From a virus, in the IMG/VR virus record IMGVR_UViG_3300033144_003744, positions 1-64,000 of that record: a DNA stretch of 64,000 nt. One strand, written 5' to 3'. Below, piece after piece: positions 29,882 to 41,663 of the stretch. The notes under the pieces were generated by a model. The model saw only the letters and a list, made by a program, of their open reading frames with translations. It was not told where the DNA came from and searched no databases. Position 1 is the first letter of the stretch, and the number at the start of each line of letters is the position of its first letter. Position numbers and translations under genes: made by a program.

Positions 29882-29916
29882 TTACTTATGCTCCTTTAAT
29901 TAGGGATAATTCCCAA

Positions 29917-29957
29917 GGGTAGGCATGGAGTTGCACCATGCTAACTCTACTCTACCT
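29917..29957 (-). ncRNA. Mini-tRNA (t-element-like) structure in the Ubl leader
   Basis: GGTAG...GCATGG-TGCAACT-CCATGC-CTACC; begins just downstream of TTAAATATA. Confidence 0.6.
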
Positions 29958-30666
29958 ATATGCGACTGATTATATTTAAGTCTTGGGTTAATTATCCAAC
30001 TACTTCATGACTAACAGATTCACCATTAACTAAAACTTCAACCTTTGGTACATCTGTCATGTCTAATACACTAGCATATCTTGTTTCCCAGAAAATTATG
30101 GTACTATTTATAAAATGTTGATTATCACTTTCAATAATCAAAACATCTCCATCATATGTTGACCATCTGTTTGTGGCTTTATACCTTTTCTGAAAGTGGG
30201 TTTCAATTTTATTACCATATCCATCTGTCCAAGAATTATTATACCAATCTGTAAATCCATGTCTTGTTCTTATTTCCTTAAAACCATTCTTGTTCTTATG
30301 ATATAAATTTTGAGGTATCATTACTAACAATTTATGTGTTATTTCTGTGTCTATTTCTAAAATCATATTCTTATTCTCCTTCCCTTATATTATTCTTTTT
30401 ACATGTAACTATTAAATATGCAACCCATATTAATATTATTTGTTCAATAGCACTACCTAAATGTATTAGATAATTAGCGAATATTACTAAAAATATTACT
30501 AATGTAAATTCTACTATAATCTGTATTATTTTATTAATCATACTATATCCTCCGTTTATCCTATAAAACATTTTATCAAAATTGCCATAATTATAGTCAT
30601 AACCACGGCAAAAGTTACAAATTTATTTGATGCTGGTTGTGATAAATATTTCATTTTAACCTCTTT

Positions 30667-31197
30667 TTATTCTATTTTATTCCCTTTCTCTTGATTACAA
30701 TGTACACACATTGTTTGATAGTTGGACATTATATCCTTACCACCTTTACTCTTTGGGATTATGTGGTCTTTTGTCATCAGAACCTCTTTACCATCTTTAA
30801 GTGCATATAAATTAAAATGTGGTTTATCACTACCCGTAGATTCTATTGTAAAATATTGACCTTCAATGCCGCATTTAACACATACATGACTTCTAAAGAA
30901 TAATTTTAAATTATCTCTATTCATATTTATTGTATGTCCATTGAAATCTACTCTACATTCACCACACATGACTTTATCTAATACTTCATTTAAGGGGTAA
31001 ACTCCAATTCTACCCATGGGTTCATCCATTCTTCCAACAGATTTAAAACCCATGTTAAATCCACGGATAAACATATCTTTATCCTTTACTCTTGGTATTT
31101 GACCATAAGCTTTAATATATCCTTTCTCAAATTCTTTTAGAGCTTTAGTTCTTTTCTTCTTCTGTATGGTTCTAATATGTCCGCTACTTCTTTTCAT
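30667..31197 (-). CDS. HNH endonuclease
   Basis: CVKCG, TKDHIIPKSKGG...NYQTMCVHCNQEKG. Confidence 0.85.
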   Translation of the reverse strand: MKRSSGHIRTIQKKKRTKALKEFEKGYIKAYGQIPRVKDKDMFIRGFNMGFKSVGRMDEPMGRIGVYPLNEVLDKVMCGECRVDFNGHTINMNRDNLKLFFRSHVCVKCGIEGQYFTIESTGSDKPHFNLYALKDGKEVLMTKDHIIPKSKGGKDIMSNYQTMCVHCNQEKGNKIE

Positions 31198-31381
31198 GTT
31201 GTGTCCACCTTTGTTTAGTTATCTTCCCATAATGTCAAACACAAATCATCATAATCACTACCACCTGTTATTGTATATTCTATTCCATCCTTATTTATTT
31301 TAATAGATTTAAAAACATGGTCTACTATCTCTATACTTGTTATTTTGGCACCTATCAGTTTATTCATATTTATACCCCTCT

Positions 31382-32938
31382 TTATTCTATATATTGTTCT
31401 ATCATACCAACTGTATCAATATCTTCTATTCCTTTGTCTGTTCTAAATCCCATAAACTGTGGGAATCTTAAACCTATTTCTCCAGATTCATTTCTCATAA
31501 CTTTCTCAGATTTTACTTCTATTATAATGGGATCTTCCCAACATTTATAGTCTTCTAAAGTTTCATATATTGGATTATTTATTATTCTTTCTGTAATCTG
31601 TCTAAGCTCAGAATGAGTAAATCCACCCCCACATTTACCAACAGATCTCAGGTTAACATTATCAAGTACAGCGATATTAAAGCTACTGAGCATGCTCAGT
31701 TTGTCTCCTGTACCAAATGTAGCTCCAGTTATAACAACATCAAATCTAAGTTCTGTGGGTTTATACTTATACCAATTTCCCCACTCACTTTTCCCCTGAC
31801 CACAATCATATGTGCCTATTGGATTCTTTATCATTACCCCTTCGTAACCAGCTTTTACACATTCTTTATGATATTTTAAAAGTTCATCCTCATTATTAAT
31901 GTATAACTTACCACCAGATAAACCACCACAAACATTAATAAGTGTCTGAGTTCTTTCTTCTTGTGATGCCATAGTCATATCTTCTGGTCCTAACATTAAA
32001 ACATCAAACAATCTAATAGTCACCGGATACTCATCAATATCATCATCAGTAACATCTTCTCTATTCATTCTATGTTGATACTTATTAAATGCCATTGGAC
32101 TACCATCAGGATTTACTCCATATATCTCACCATCGTAAATTCCAGGTTGTATATTCTCTTTCTTTAATAGTTCTACAATATCAGGAAAACTATCTGTCTT
32201 ATCCTTTAATGACCTTGAAAAAATCTGTATTTTACCATCTTCATGGACATGTACTTGTGCCCTGGAACCATCATATTTAGGTTCGGCTAAAACTGGATAC
32301 TCAATTCTATCCATATGTTTTGAAATATCCTTAGCAAGTTGTGGTTTTACAGGGATACCAATTACTAATTCATCAGGTCCACCATTAAGTATTCTAATAA
32401 TGTCTGTCATAGACTCATATTTTTTGTGTAGATTTGACACATATTTATTATCTTCATTATATATCTCAGCTAAAGACCAGGACAATACATTCATGCCTAT
32501 CCTTACTCTGAGTTTATTAAGAAGGATATTAATAAAATATTTCTTTTCAAGATCATTCATTATAACCAAATTATAATGTAATTCATATTCCTTTTGTTTT
32601 GTTTTAATGCCTAAATTTTTAAATAGTTTATATATGGTAATAAGTTGTAAATCTACACCACTATTACTATTAATATCTAATTCACCAGAAAACATATCAC
32701 CTAATGTTTCATATTTTTTAGACTTATCATAATCATAATATGTATCAATAACCTTTTGAACAGTTCTTTTACTATATCCCACAGCCTCATTTTCCAAGGG
32801 TTTGCCCAACATAAAATTGCAAGCAATAATCTGATCCTCTGGACTAAGATTAGAAAGATAATCTGCTATCTGTCCTCTGGCCTCCTTTGGATTTTTCATG
32901 TTTTCTAAAAGGTTGTATAGTGTTTTGAATTTATTCAT
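31382..32938 (-). CDS. lig: ATP-dependent DNA ligase
   Basis: PQLA, EPKYDGSR, DGEI, FDVL, EGVMIK, WYKYK, LRFPQF..FR.DK. Confidence 0.95.
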   Translation of the reverse strand: MNKFKTLYNLLENMKNPKEARGQIADYLSNLSPEDQIIACNFMLGKPLENEAVGYSKRTVQKVIDTYYDYDKSKKYETLGDMFSGELDINSNSGVDLQLITIYKLFKNLGIKTKQKEYELHYNLVIMNDLEKKYFINILLNKLRVRIGMNVLSWSLAEIYNEDNKYVSNLHKKYESMTDIIRILNGGPDELVIGIPVKPQLAKDISKHMDRIEYPVLAEPKYDGSRAQVHVHEDGKIQIFSRSLKDKTDSFPDIVELLKKENIQPGIYDGEIYGVNPDGSPMAFNKYQHRMNREDVTDDDIDEYPVTIRLFDVLMLGPEDMTMASQEERTQTLINVCGGLSGGKLYINNEDELLKYHKECVKAGYEGVMIKNPIGTYDCGQGKSEWGNWYKYKPTELRFDVVITGATFGTGDKLSMLSSFNIAVLDNVNLRSVGKCGGGFTHSELRQITERIINNPIYETLEDYKCWEDPIIIEVKSEKVMRNESGEIGLRFPQFMGFRTDKGIEDIDTVGMIEQYIE

Positions 32939-33198
32939 TTGTTCACTTCCCTGAAATAATAATAACGATATATCGGATCTTCTGGATCTCTAATGGTTCC
33001 GATATAATTAGTATACAATCCCGCTGAAATATCCACATCATCACCATCAAGGGTGCTAACACAAAGGTCTTCAGTCTGTGCTCCAACTTCTCTATCCTCT
33101 GTATCTGGTTCAGTCACAAGCCAATAGTCAGAAGCTAAGAAGCCAATTTCTAATGGATTCAATCCAAATTTTTCTTCAATTTCTATTTCAGTTAACAT
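32935..33198 (-). CDS. Hypothetical protein, paralog of 33327-33509
   Basis: GF..SD.WLV and I.DP...IYR.YY shared between the two. Confidence 0.55.
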   Translation of the reverse strand: MLTEIEIEEKFGLNPLEIGFLASDYWLVTEPDTEDREVGAQTEDLCVSTLDGDDVDISAGLYTNYIGTIRDPEDPIYRYYYFREVNK

Positions 33199-33326
33199 AT
33201 TATTTATCCTCCATTTTATAATCAAGACACTTACTAGTATCATCTACTGTAATCAATTCCTTTATACATCTAAAATGTTTATTGAAAATACAATCTCCTG
33301 CTCCACATCCTTGTCTAGTTATTGTT

Positions 33327-33509
33327 TTATTCATGTTCATTCACCTTATAAAAGTAATAATACTGTCTATATATTTCATGATCTGGGTCTTGTATTGCAT
33401 TTATAAAATATTCATATACAGGGTAATCTTTAGTTATACTTTGTGGAATAACTAACCACCAATCTGAAATACAGAAGCCCATTTCTCTGAATCTAAAATT
33501 ATCATTCAT
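33327..33509 (-). CDS. Hypothetical protein, paralog of 32935-33198
   Basis: Same shared motifs. Confidence 0.55.
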   Translation of the reverse strand: MNDNFRFREMGFCISDWWLVIPQSITKDYPVYEYFINAIQDPDHEIYRQYYYFYKVNEHE

Positions 33510-34085
33510 GTTATTTACCTCATTGCACAATGAAGTGCCCATTGATATCGCAAATCAATTGAAACTTTACCCAGTGATAATATTTCTACAATAGAATCAC
33601 CAATACCCATAAATCCACTTATAAACATATCTCTTTGTAAAATACCGGATTCATTATTAACTACGTGTATATTTATTTTCATATTATTACCTCTTTATTC
33701 TTTTATACCAAATTGGCTCACAAGATTGATTATAAACTCAGGAACGTGATCTATAAGTCCTCTCTCACGTACCCACAAGGCGATACATTCATACTTTGGA
33801 TACCTTGCTATATCTCTATAAATTTGTTGTCTCATTGTATCTAATATTTTAATTTCATTGTTTTCAATATAATTATTAATTACATCTATTTCCTTATTAG
33901 TAAATCTACCTTTATTTTTACTTAATTTATCCATTGCCTTTAACCAGCGGATATTGTTTATCAATTTTTCTTGATCCATGTTATTCAACTCCTTAACTAC
34001 TTATATGTTCTTATCTTACTTAATACTTATGTATTTTGACACCAAATGGTGTCCTTTATATACTCATGTCGTCCATTTAATAGTT

Positions 34086-34211
34086 ATGAGAAAATGTACT
34101 CTTAGATTAGATGATGAACTTCATGATGATGTAATTGAATACTGTGATAGAAATGGTTACAAGATGATCGGATTAATTAGAGTTTTATTGAGGGAGCGAA
34201 TTTATGAATAA
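34086..34211 (+). CDS. Ribbon-helix-helix DNA-binding protein (leaderless)
   Basis: MRKCTLRLDDELHDDV...LIRVLL; TTTATATA about 25 nt upstream. Confidence 0.65.
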   Translation: MRKCTLRLDDELHDDVIEYCDRNGYKMIGLIRVLLRERIYE

Positions 34212-34716
34212 AACAAAAACATTCACACAGTATACTGGTGATTTATTTTCAATAAGAGTTGTAATTGGAATTAAAGGTAATATAAGGGGCAAAAGTGATT
34301 TAGCATTTTTAGGGGAACACAAAAAAAAATATAATAAACAATGGAATAAAGATAATGAAGAGTATAGAAAAGAACGTGATAGACAATATTATAAAGATAA
34401 CCAAGAACATTTAGAAGAATATCGTAAACAATGGAATGAAGATAATAAAGAATATAAAAGTGAGTATCAAAAACAATATTATAAAACATCTGCTGGAAAA
34501 TTAACAATAAAAAGAAGTAATGCTAAAAGAAAAAATTTTGGTTTTATCCCTTTAAATGACTGGTTTAAAAATTGTGAAGGACACCACTTAAATTACGATG
34601 ATGTAATATTTATACCAAAGGAATTACATAGAAGCGTATATCATTCAGTAACACAGAATATAAACATGAACGAAATTAATAATGCTGTATTTGAGTGGTA
34701 TGGGGAGAATCAATGA
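34204..34716 (+). CDS. Putative HNH-like endonuclease
   Basis: KQW..DN.EY repeats; EGHHLN...FIPKELHRSVYH...M.EIN.AVFEW. Confidence 0.7.
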   Translation: MNKTKTFTQYTGDLFSIRVVIGIKGNIRGKSDLAFLGEHKKKYNKQWNKDNEEYRKERDRQYYKDNQEHLEEYRKQWNEDNKEYKSEYQKQYYKTSAGKLTIKRSNAKRKNFGFIPLNDWFKNCEGHHLNYDDVIFIPKELHRSVYHSVTQNINMNEINNAVFEWYGENQ

Positions 34717-36494
34717 GGTTTACTAATAATACTGGATTCAATATTGAAACACACGATATAAAGGCAACTAGCTTAACCCAAATTAGGAAAGAGATACCTA
34801 AAATAATGGAAGATAGCGCTGATATTATAATACTAAATCTTCAACAAGGTCTCGGTAAGAGCTTTAACGCCATGCAATATATGAGTACAAACTCAAATAC
34901 CATGTTCCTCACAAGTAAACACGCATTACTCGACGAACTAGAGAAATATTTTAATGATAAGAATTTAGAAACAATTCATTGGCGGGGTATATCGAATAAT
35001 AAATCCCCATGTATACAAAAAAATACTAAGTTATTTAAAGATTTAATAAATCTTGGGTATAAAGCTAATTTTATATGTGAAATTATGGCTTGTGATTTTT
35101 GCCCTTATAAAGAACAATTTAAACATACTGAAAGAGTTTTAGCGCCCATTCAATATCTTAATACAGCATATCTAGAAAATGATGACAAAGCAAGATTTGA
35201 AACTTTTATTGTCGATGAGAGTATCACACAGATAAATAAATTTCCATATGATTTAGAATATTTACTTGAAGTTATTAAACCATTGTATCATTTTTCATCC
35301 TTTTGGTTTTATGAGTTCTTACAAAATTTGTTAAGAGATAAAAATGTAAATGGCCTTGAATTATATAAGAATGAGATATCAACTGAAATTAAAGGAGCTT
35401 TAAAAAACATCTATGATTTAATAGATGAAGATGAAAGTATTGAATCTATTGAAAGTCAAACATGGAAAAATGATATTATACACTTATCTAAATTTAGTAT
35501 AGACGATATAATTACATCATTAAAATTTCAAAAACTGTATAACTTTGAAATATCAGACTGGTATGAACCAAACATTTACAAAATATTTAATTTATCACAA
35601 AAATCTAAGGTTATATTACTCCATGCGACTTTCAATCTGGATCTATTCACTGATATGATTTCTAGTTTTAGTTCAGAGATTGGCATTAATAAACATATAA
35701 ATGTTAAAGTATTCAATTCTAAGCTTCAAAACAAATCAACTAAAGTTTATAATGTAAATAAATCAGCTTACTATCCAAATTATTCACTTGAAAGAGGAGG
35801 TATAAAAGAAATTAGTGATCATGTAGAAATTATTACTAATCAAATTGGCGCAAAAAATATCGGGGTTATAGGATTATCCAAATATAATAAACATGGAGAA
35901 TACATAGATGAAACGTTCTTAAAAAGTGGAATTGATTCACTTCACTTTGGGAACAGCACTGGGAGAAATATTTTAGAAAGTAAGCAATGTTTAGTCATAG
36001 CCGGTTCTTGGATGCAGGGCGGGATAATTGATGACTATAATAAAATATATCTTGATAATCTAAAACAGAAAGATTGTAAAGCTCTTGAAGTTGAAAAGGG
36101 AACCCCATATACATTTCATCCAGAAATACATCCCAAATTACATTTAGTTCAGAAAATATTTAATGAGGGTGAACTTTTAGATTCAATGCATAGGAACAGA
36201 GGACTCATACATGATAATAGAAGTATTGTTGCCTTCTCTCACATACCCGCTCAGATATACCATGACTTTGATGTAATTGAAGATAAGAAGATAGAACTTA
36301 CAGACTGGAAAACAATATATCCGAAGGCTGAAGTTCCCATTTACGAACTTGTAAAAGACTACCTAGAAAACTCAGACAAAACAGATTTAGAAATAGCTGA
36401 AGAACTTAATATGATTAAGGATGAAGGGTATGATGTTGAATTGGTTAAAAGGATGAGAAGACATTGGGAAGAAGCGAGAGAGTTTGGGATATGA
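34713..36494 (+). CDS. Divergent SF2 helicase-like/replication protein
   Basis: Walker A QGLGKS, Walker B IVDES, LHAT (motif III), GRN, HRNRG (motif VI-like), Cys cluster, C-terminal HTH-like segment. Confidence 0.6.
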   Translation: MRFTNNTGFNIETHDIKATSLTQIRKEIPKIMEDSADIIILNLQQGLGKSFNAMQYMSTNSNTMFLTSKHALLDELEKYFNDKNLETIHWRGISNNKSPCIQKNTKLFKDLINLGYKANFICEIMACDFCPYKEQFKHTERVLAPIQYLNTAYLENDDKARFETFIVDESITQINKFPYDLEYLLEVIKPLYHFSSFWFYEFLQNLLRDKNVNGLELYKNEISTEIKGALKNIYDLIDEDESIESIESQTWKNDIIHLSKFSIDDIITSLKFQKLYNFEISDWYEPNIYKIFNLSQKSKVILLHATFNLDLFTDMISSFSSEIGINKHINVKVFNSKLQNKSTKVYNVNKSAYYPNYSLERGGIKEISDHVEIITNQIGAKNIGVIGLSKYNKHGEYIDETFLKSGIDSLHFGNSTGRNILESKQCLVIAGSWMQGGIIDDYNKIYLDNLKQKDCKALEVEKGTPYTFHPEIHPKLHLVQKIFNEGELLDSMHRNRGLIHDNRSIVAFSHIPAQIYHDFDVIEDKKIELTDWKTIYPKAEVPIYELVKDYLENSDKTDLEIAEELNMIKDEGYDVELVKRMRRHWEEAREFGI

Positions 36495-38589
36495 AGAGAG
36501 ATAGGTAATCTCCCTTATTTTTATTTATACTTATTATTAATTATATCCCATTTTTTATTAAATTCTTCTGTTAATTCATCTGACCAATGCTCTTCTAAAC
36601 CATACTCCATATGATAATCAGCAATCAAATTTATTTCTTCTTTGTTTCTTAATTTTAATTTGTCTTCGTTATTCATTTTAATCACTCCTTACACACATAA
36701 TACGTACAATCTTCATACCTTTTAAAATCATCAGTTCCAGGATAACACTGATGTAAAATAATTTTTTCTCCTGAAATACTGGCTCTGTTTATGTTCATGC
36801 ATTTATTACATGAGTCGTTATAAAATTCACATGTCATTTTTTAGTTCCTCTAGTCTTGCCTTTATTTTATTGAAATCATAATTTACTTCATGAAACATAC
36901 ACTCACGATCTGTACAACTTGAGCAATTTTCTATGCATTCCATTTATAACACCTTTGTTATTTCTAACCCATGACCAAGACAGTTAGATGCTGCTGATGC
37001 ATCGAATACTTTACTCATAAATTCAGTAAGGGCTATCTCTGTAACTACTGAGCTTCTATCATCCATGTCTATAATGTATTGTTGTTTCATTTTAAAGTCC
37101 TTTACTTAAATAATTACGCAATATACCTTCGATACTATGATCGTCTGCATCTTCTAAGACACAATCTTCACATTTTATACCTGCGCATCCTTTATATAAA
37201 TTTCTAATACCAAGTAAAATATTATCTACATCTTCATTAAAATCTTTCATGTTATTCATCTCCATATGTTTTTATTAAGTCTCTCATATAATGATCTGCA
37301 AATTCTGTAGCTTTGTTTATAGATTTACACTTAATATCTATTGTCTGTTCCCCTATTATTCTTACTGTATATACTGGTCCATTAGAATATTTAATTCTTG
37401 CCTTTATGAATCCATTTAAATATTCTTTGTGGTATCCGAATTTTCCCTTTATCCATTTAGACATTTTTAAAACCTCACTCTAAATCTTTTTTTATGACAA
37501 TTGACACACCTATAACGACCATCATATCCGAGAACAAAATCTATTTCTCGCCCTCTTTTATCACATTCATGACATCTCATATTTTTCTCCTCAATTTATC
37601 TACCTTACGTTCTACCCACTCTTCATATTCTCTACGTTCATATTCGTCATAGCGTGATTTTTTGTCATTCTCAGATTCCATTACTATACCTCTAATTACT
37701 CAAATGCTGTGCTGTCCTTGCATCAGTTCCCCATTTATATATCTGATTACAATGAATTCTTTCACTACAAACAGTACAATAGTATCTATTTTTATCTCTG
37801 CAATTATCAGAGTTTATTTCATGTATCATAAATTCTACATCATTCATAATATCACCTTATTGTTTCATAACCATATTCTGTTCTATAAAATTTAACATTA
37901 TTCTTAATTTTTTTATACCTTCTGGATATATTCTTATTTCAGTTTCTACATCTTCAAGAGAAAAGGTTAAAACTGACACATCTAATTCTCCCATCTCTTC
38001 AAATGTAACTTTTGCATCGCAATCTTCATCCAAGTATTCTATTATGTTCATTGTTAATCATCTCCTTTTATCAACAACATCATCTTTATATTGAAAATCC
38101 CACATCAGATTTTTTAATACTTTGAGATGTACATACGCCATTTTTATCAAAATATTGTTTTATTCTATTACATCCCATTTTATCATTCCATTCACAATCT
38201 TTGTTTAAACATTGTAACATATTTATTCCTCCATAACTTCAACTAAAAAACTGGGACTAATTGTCCACTGTCCACTTGTTTTTACTTTCCTATGCCACAA
38301 TTCATAAAGCCCTATCAGTTTACCTTTAGTAAATCTTTTAATATTCATTAATTTATATTCGTTTCCATCTGGGAATGTCTCGATTGTTCCTATGTTCATA
38401 TAATCACTTTAGTTTTATATCTCCCGTATATTCCTGTAACCAATCTAAAACCACTTTAAGGGTTGTATCAGTTATTTCATTAATTTCTACATGGTCGATA
38501 TTTATATTTAATTGTGATACTCCATGTCTAATATCACTTTGTAACATACCTAATATATTATTAACTGTAATTATCTGTGTAGTATCCAT

Positions 38590-39102
38590 TTATCCCACCT
38601 CATCTAACATCTTTCTAACTCTATCAAGCTCATTATTAGTATGTACAGTGCCACCGGTATTCATTTCTAGATACCAGGTTAGTACTTCTTTTTTAGTTTT
38701 GAGATTATTAATATGTACCTTAAGAGTAATATGCATTAGTCTAAGTCTATCTTCATACTCTGATTTATAATATCCAAATACTTTTAATTCATTATTCGTA
38801 AACTTTAGACATGAAGTGATTCTTTGTAGACCGTCAACACATACAAATTCACCAGTAAATTCTACCATCCATCCAGGCATATTAAAATATACATCTCTTC
38901 CAGATCTCCCACCTTTTAATAAATATTCTACATAAGCTATTTGTTGCTCTTCTGTCCATACATGTCCCCTTTGAAAATCAGGATTTAATTGAAGGTTATG
39001 GTTTTCTTTGTGGTCATCTACCCAAGTTGATAAATAATCCAATCCTATATCTACATCATAAGGAGAACTTTTTGTAAATTGTGGTATATCTATAAATTTC
39101 AT
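38590..39102 (-). CDS. DUF262 (ParB/Srx-like, GmrS-type) domain protein
   Basis: PDFQRGHVW, VDGLQRITS, MNTGG. Confidence 0.85.
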   Translation of the reverse strand: MKFIDIPQFTKSSPYDVDIGLDYLSTWVDDHKENHNLQLNPDFQRGHVWTEEQQIAYVEYLLKGGRSGRDVYFNMPGWMVEFTGEFVCVDGLQRITSCLKFTNNELKVFGYYKSEYEDRLRLMHITLKVHINNLKTKKEVLTWYLEMNTGGTVHTNNELDRVRKMLDEVG

Positions 39103-39642
39103 ATTAAATCTCCATTTAACTCATTGGATATGTGGGAAGAGTTTTATCAGTTCTTTCTATGTAATCGAAATTAATATTATCGAAGCCTACCCTGAAATAT
39201 TTTTGTCCATCATAGAACAAAATATATGCCCCATATTGAGGTTTAGTTATTCCTAAATCTTCATTACACCATTGGCCATAATTGATTTGACCGATTAAAT
39301 GAGGTTTTGTTATGTCTGTGATATAATCGTATACTAGTAATTCATTTTTATTCATAATTATTTCCTCCATTTAACATAAATTCCTCAAATACTTTATCCT
39401 CTAATCTCTTCAATTCTAATTTACATTTACTACATAAATCATATTCTCTCATTTCGTGCTTTACTGTTATAAATAGTGTAAGTTTTGTATTTAACTTTTC
39501 ACTATATCCACATTTATCACATATTCTTTTCTTCATATTTATTTCTCCTTTATATATTGTTTTATTGTTATAAATAATTAACCTATATTAAAATATTAAT
39601 GGTGTTATTTATATACTTATTAATACCATATAGTATATTATC

Positions 39643-39723
39643 ATGACAGCAAGAACGATTAAATTAGATGACGAATTGAATAAAGCTGCTTTTGAATGGC
39701 TAAAGAATAATAAAGATTGCTAA
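39643..39723 (+). pseudogene. Deletion remnant of an RHH-HNH cassette
   Basis: MTARTIKLDDEL (RHH start) fused to NKAAFEWL (endonuclease C-terminus); own TATA at ~39608. Confidence 0.55.
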
Positions 39724-41209
39724 AAAGCAACCCTTATATACTTAAGGCAACAATATATTATATTGCGAAGCCTTAGTTGTAATCTGCCATAGTCGCAAAG
39801 ATATCATTTTTCTATAATTTCAATTACGTTATGAAGGATCGCTATTAATATTGTTTTATAAAATATACAACATTCTTTTGTCTCTTCATCATATGAAAGT
39901 TTATCACCATTGATAAACCCAACACGTTCACCGTCTTTGTACACATGATAACCATGTGTGTAACCCTTTTTAATTGTTATCATTTTAATCTACTCCTTCT
40001 GGTTTACTACTATGACAATATAAATCTTGAAAACTTACTTCTAATTTAATTTCATCACATTGACATATACCATCAATATTATTTTTACATTCTTCATCAC
40101 ATTTTACTATTGTCATTTTAATTCACTTCATTAAATCCATCATACATAATAGCATCATAATACATATCACATTCACACCTTAAAAAACATTGTGAACATG
40201 GGGATAGGTCGCAGTCGTTACATTTTTCTGAAGCTTTCATTTAAAACACCTTAAATCCTAACCTTTTTAAATCTTCTTTATTAATCACTTTCATCATAGA
40301 CAATCTAAAAAACATATCAATAACTTCTTTAAAGATACAGGAATCAAACACCATTCCGAAATCATCATTGCCAAAAACAGATACCCTATAAGTTCTAACA
40401 GTTCCGATATTACAAGGTGTAATGTCACCATGATACATTAACTTTACTTTATTTCCATAATGGTTTTTATACCAGTCGTCATCTGTTAGTTTATATATGT
40501 ATGATCTTTTCATTTGAACACCTAAAGTTTTAATTTATCTTTTCTCAATATAGTTTTGATTACTTTCCATCCATTACATTTATTCCTGCATACAACTCTA
40601 GTACATTCACTATTATTATAATATCTTACTTTACCACCACAGTCAGGACATCTAAAAGTATCAACTTTTGGTTTGATGGTTTTTACATATTCTTCATAGT
40701 TCATTTTATCACTTCCAAGATTTGCCCCACTGTTCCATATGTTCTCTACTTCTTTTTCTATCACTAAATGCTATAACTAACAATGAAATTGGAAATAGTA
40801 TTATAGTTATTAAGCTTAATAAACTACCAATAACCTGAATCATTCCTTCTTTGAAATCTTCAAGTGATCCAATTAAAGCAGGTAGAAATCTACTTTTATT
40901 AAACCACATTAATTGTGGGATACTCATCTGTGCAATGTTATCATAACAGTTTATTATCTTATTGTTTTCATCTCTTTTGATCATTTATCTCACTCCTTTA
41001 TTAACAATAATACTTTTACTTCTATCAATAATATAATAAGAATCGTAATATATTTCCTTTAGATAAATCAATACTTCATCAATAGTGTCAAAACTATTTT
41101 CATATTTGTCTAAAACTATTGGAAATAAATTATTTGTATATAATAGATATTGTTTCATTTTAATTTCCTCCAGGATTGAATCTAAGCCACAGGATTAGAA
41201 GATATTAGG

Positions 41210-41563
41210 TTAAAGGTATGATTCCATATCTTCAAGTTCATCGGTCATGTTAATCTCTTGTGTAGTAGATTCATATCTTAATTTATCCCTTTCCATTTGT
41301 TTTTTATGTTCTAATTCTTTTTGTTTTTCTTCAAGCTCAATTTTACCTTTATCTAATTCAATTTCTAATTTTTCTTTTCTTTCTTTATTAAGTTTATATT
41401 TTTCTCTTCTTCTATCATTATTAGATGGTTGAATATTAGATTTATTAATGTGCGATACTCTTCCTTTGTTTTCAAACGATTCATTTTCATTAATTAAACA
41501 ATTAATATTTGTTTGTATTTCATTTTCAGTGTAAGAAAATAAAGATAGTGTTTTGATTCTAAT
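41210..41563 (-). CDS. Unannotated 117-aa ORF without ATG start (ATT start or frameshift), coiled-coil
   Basis: Open frame IRIKTLSLFSYTENEIQ...DMESYL; GGATGTGA upstream; N-terminus resembles 26354-26938. Confidence 0.5.
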   Translation of the reverse strand: MRIKTLSLFSYTENEIQTNINCLINENESFENKGRVSHINKSNIQPSNNDRRREKYKLNKERKEKLEIELDKGKIELEEKQKELEHKKQMERDKLRYESTTQEINMTDELEDMESYL

Positions 41564-41663
41564 AAAATCACATCCTTCTATATATATATATGTGGCCCAT
41601 TTTCACCGCACACAAGAGAGCCCTTAAAAATGGCAATGTCTCTTGTTAGTGGTGCAAAAAACA

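Noticed and set aside
25729-29957. Calling the two T-loop elements true tRNA genes
   Set aside because: Only 10-12 nt lie between the acceptor strand and the T-arm, so there is no D or anticodon arm. A split-tRNA half is not supported because both acceptor strands are present.
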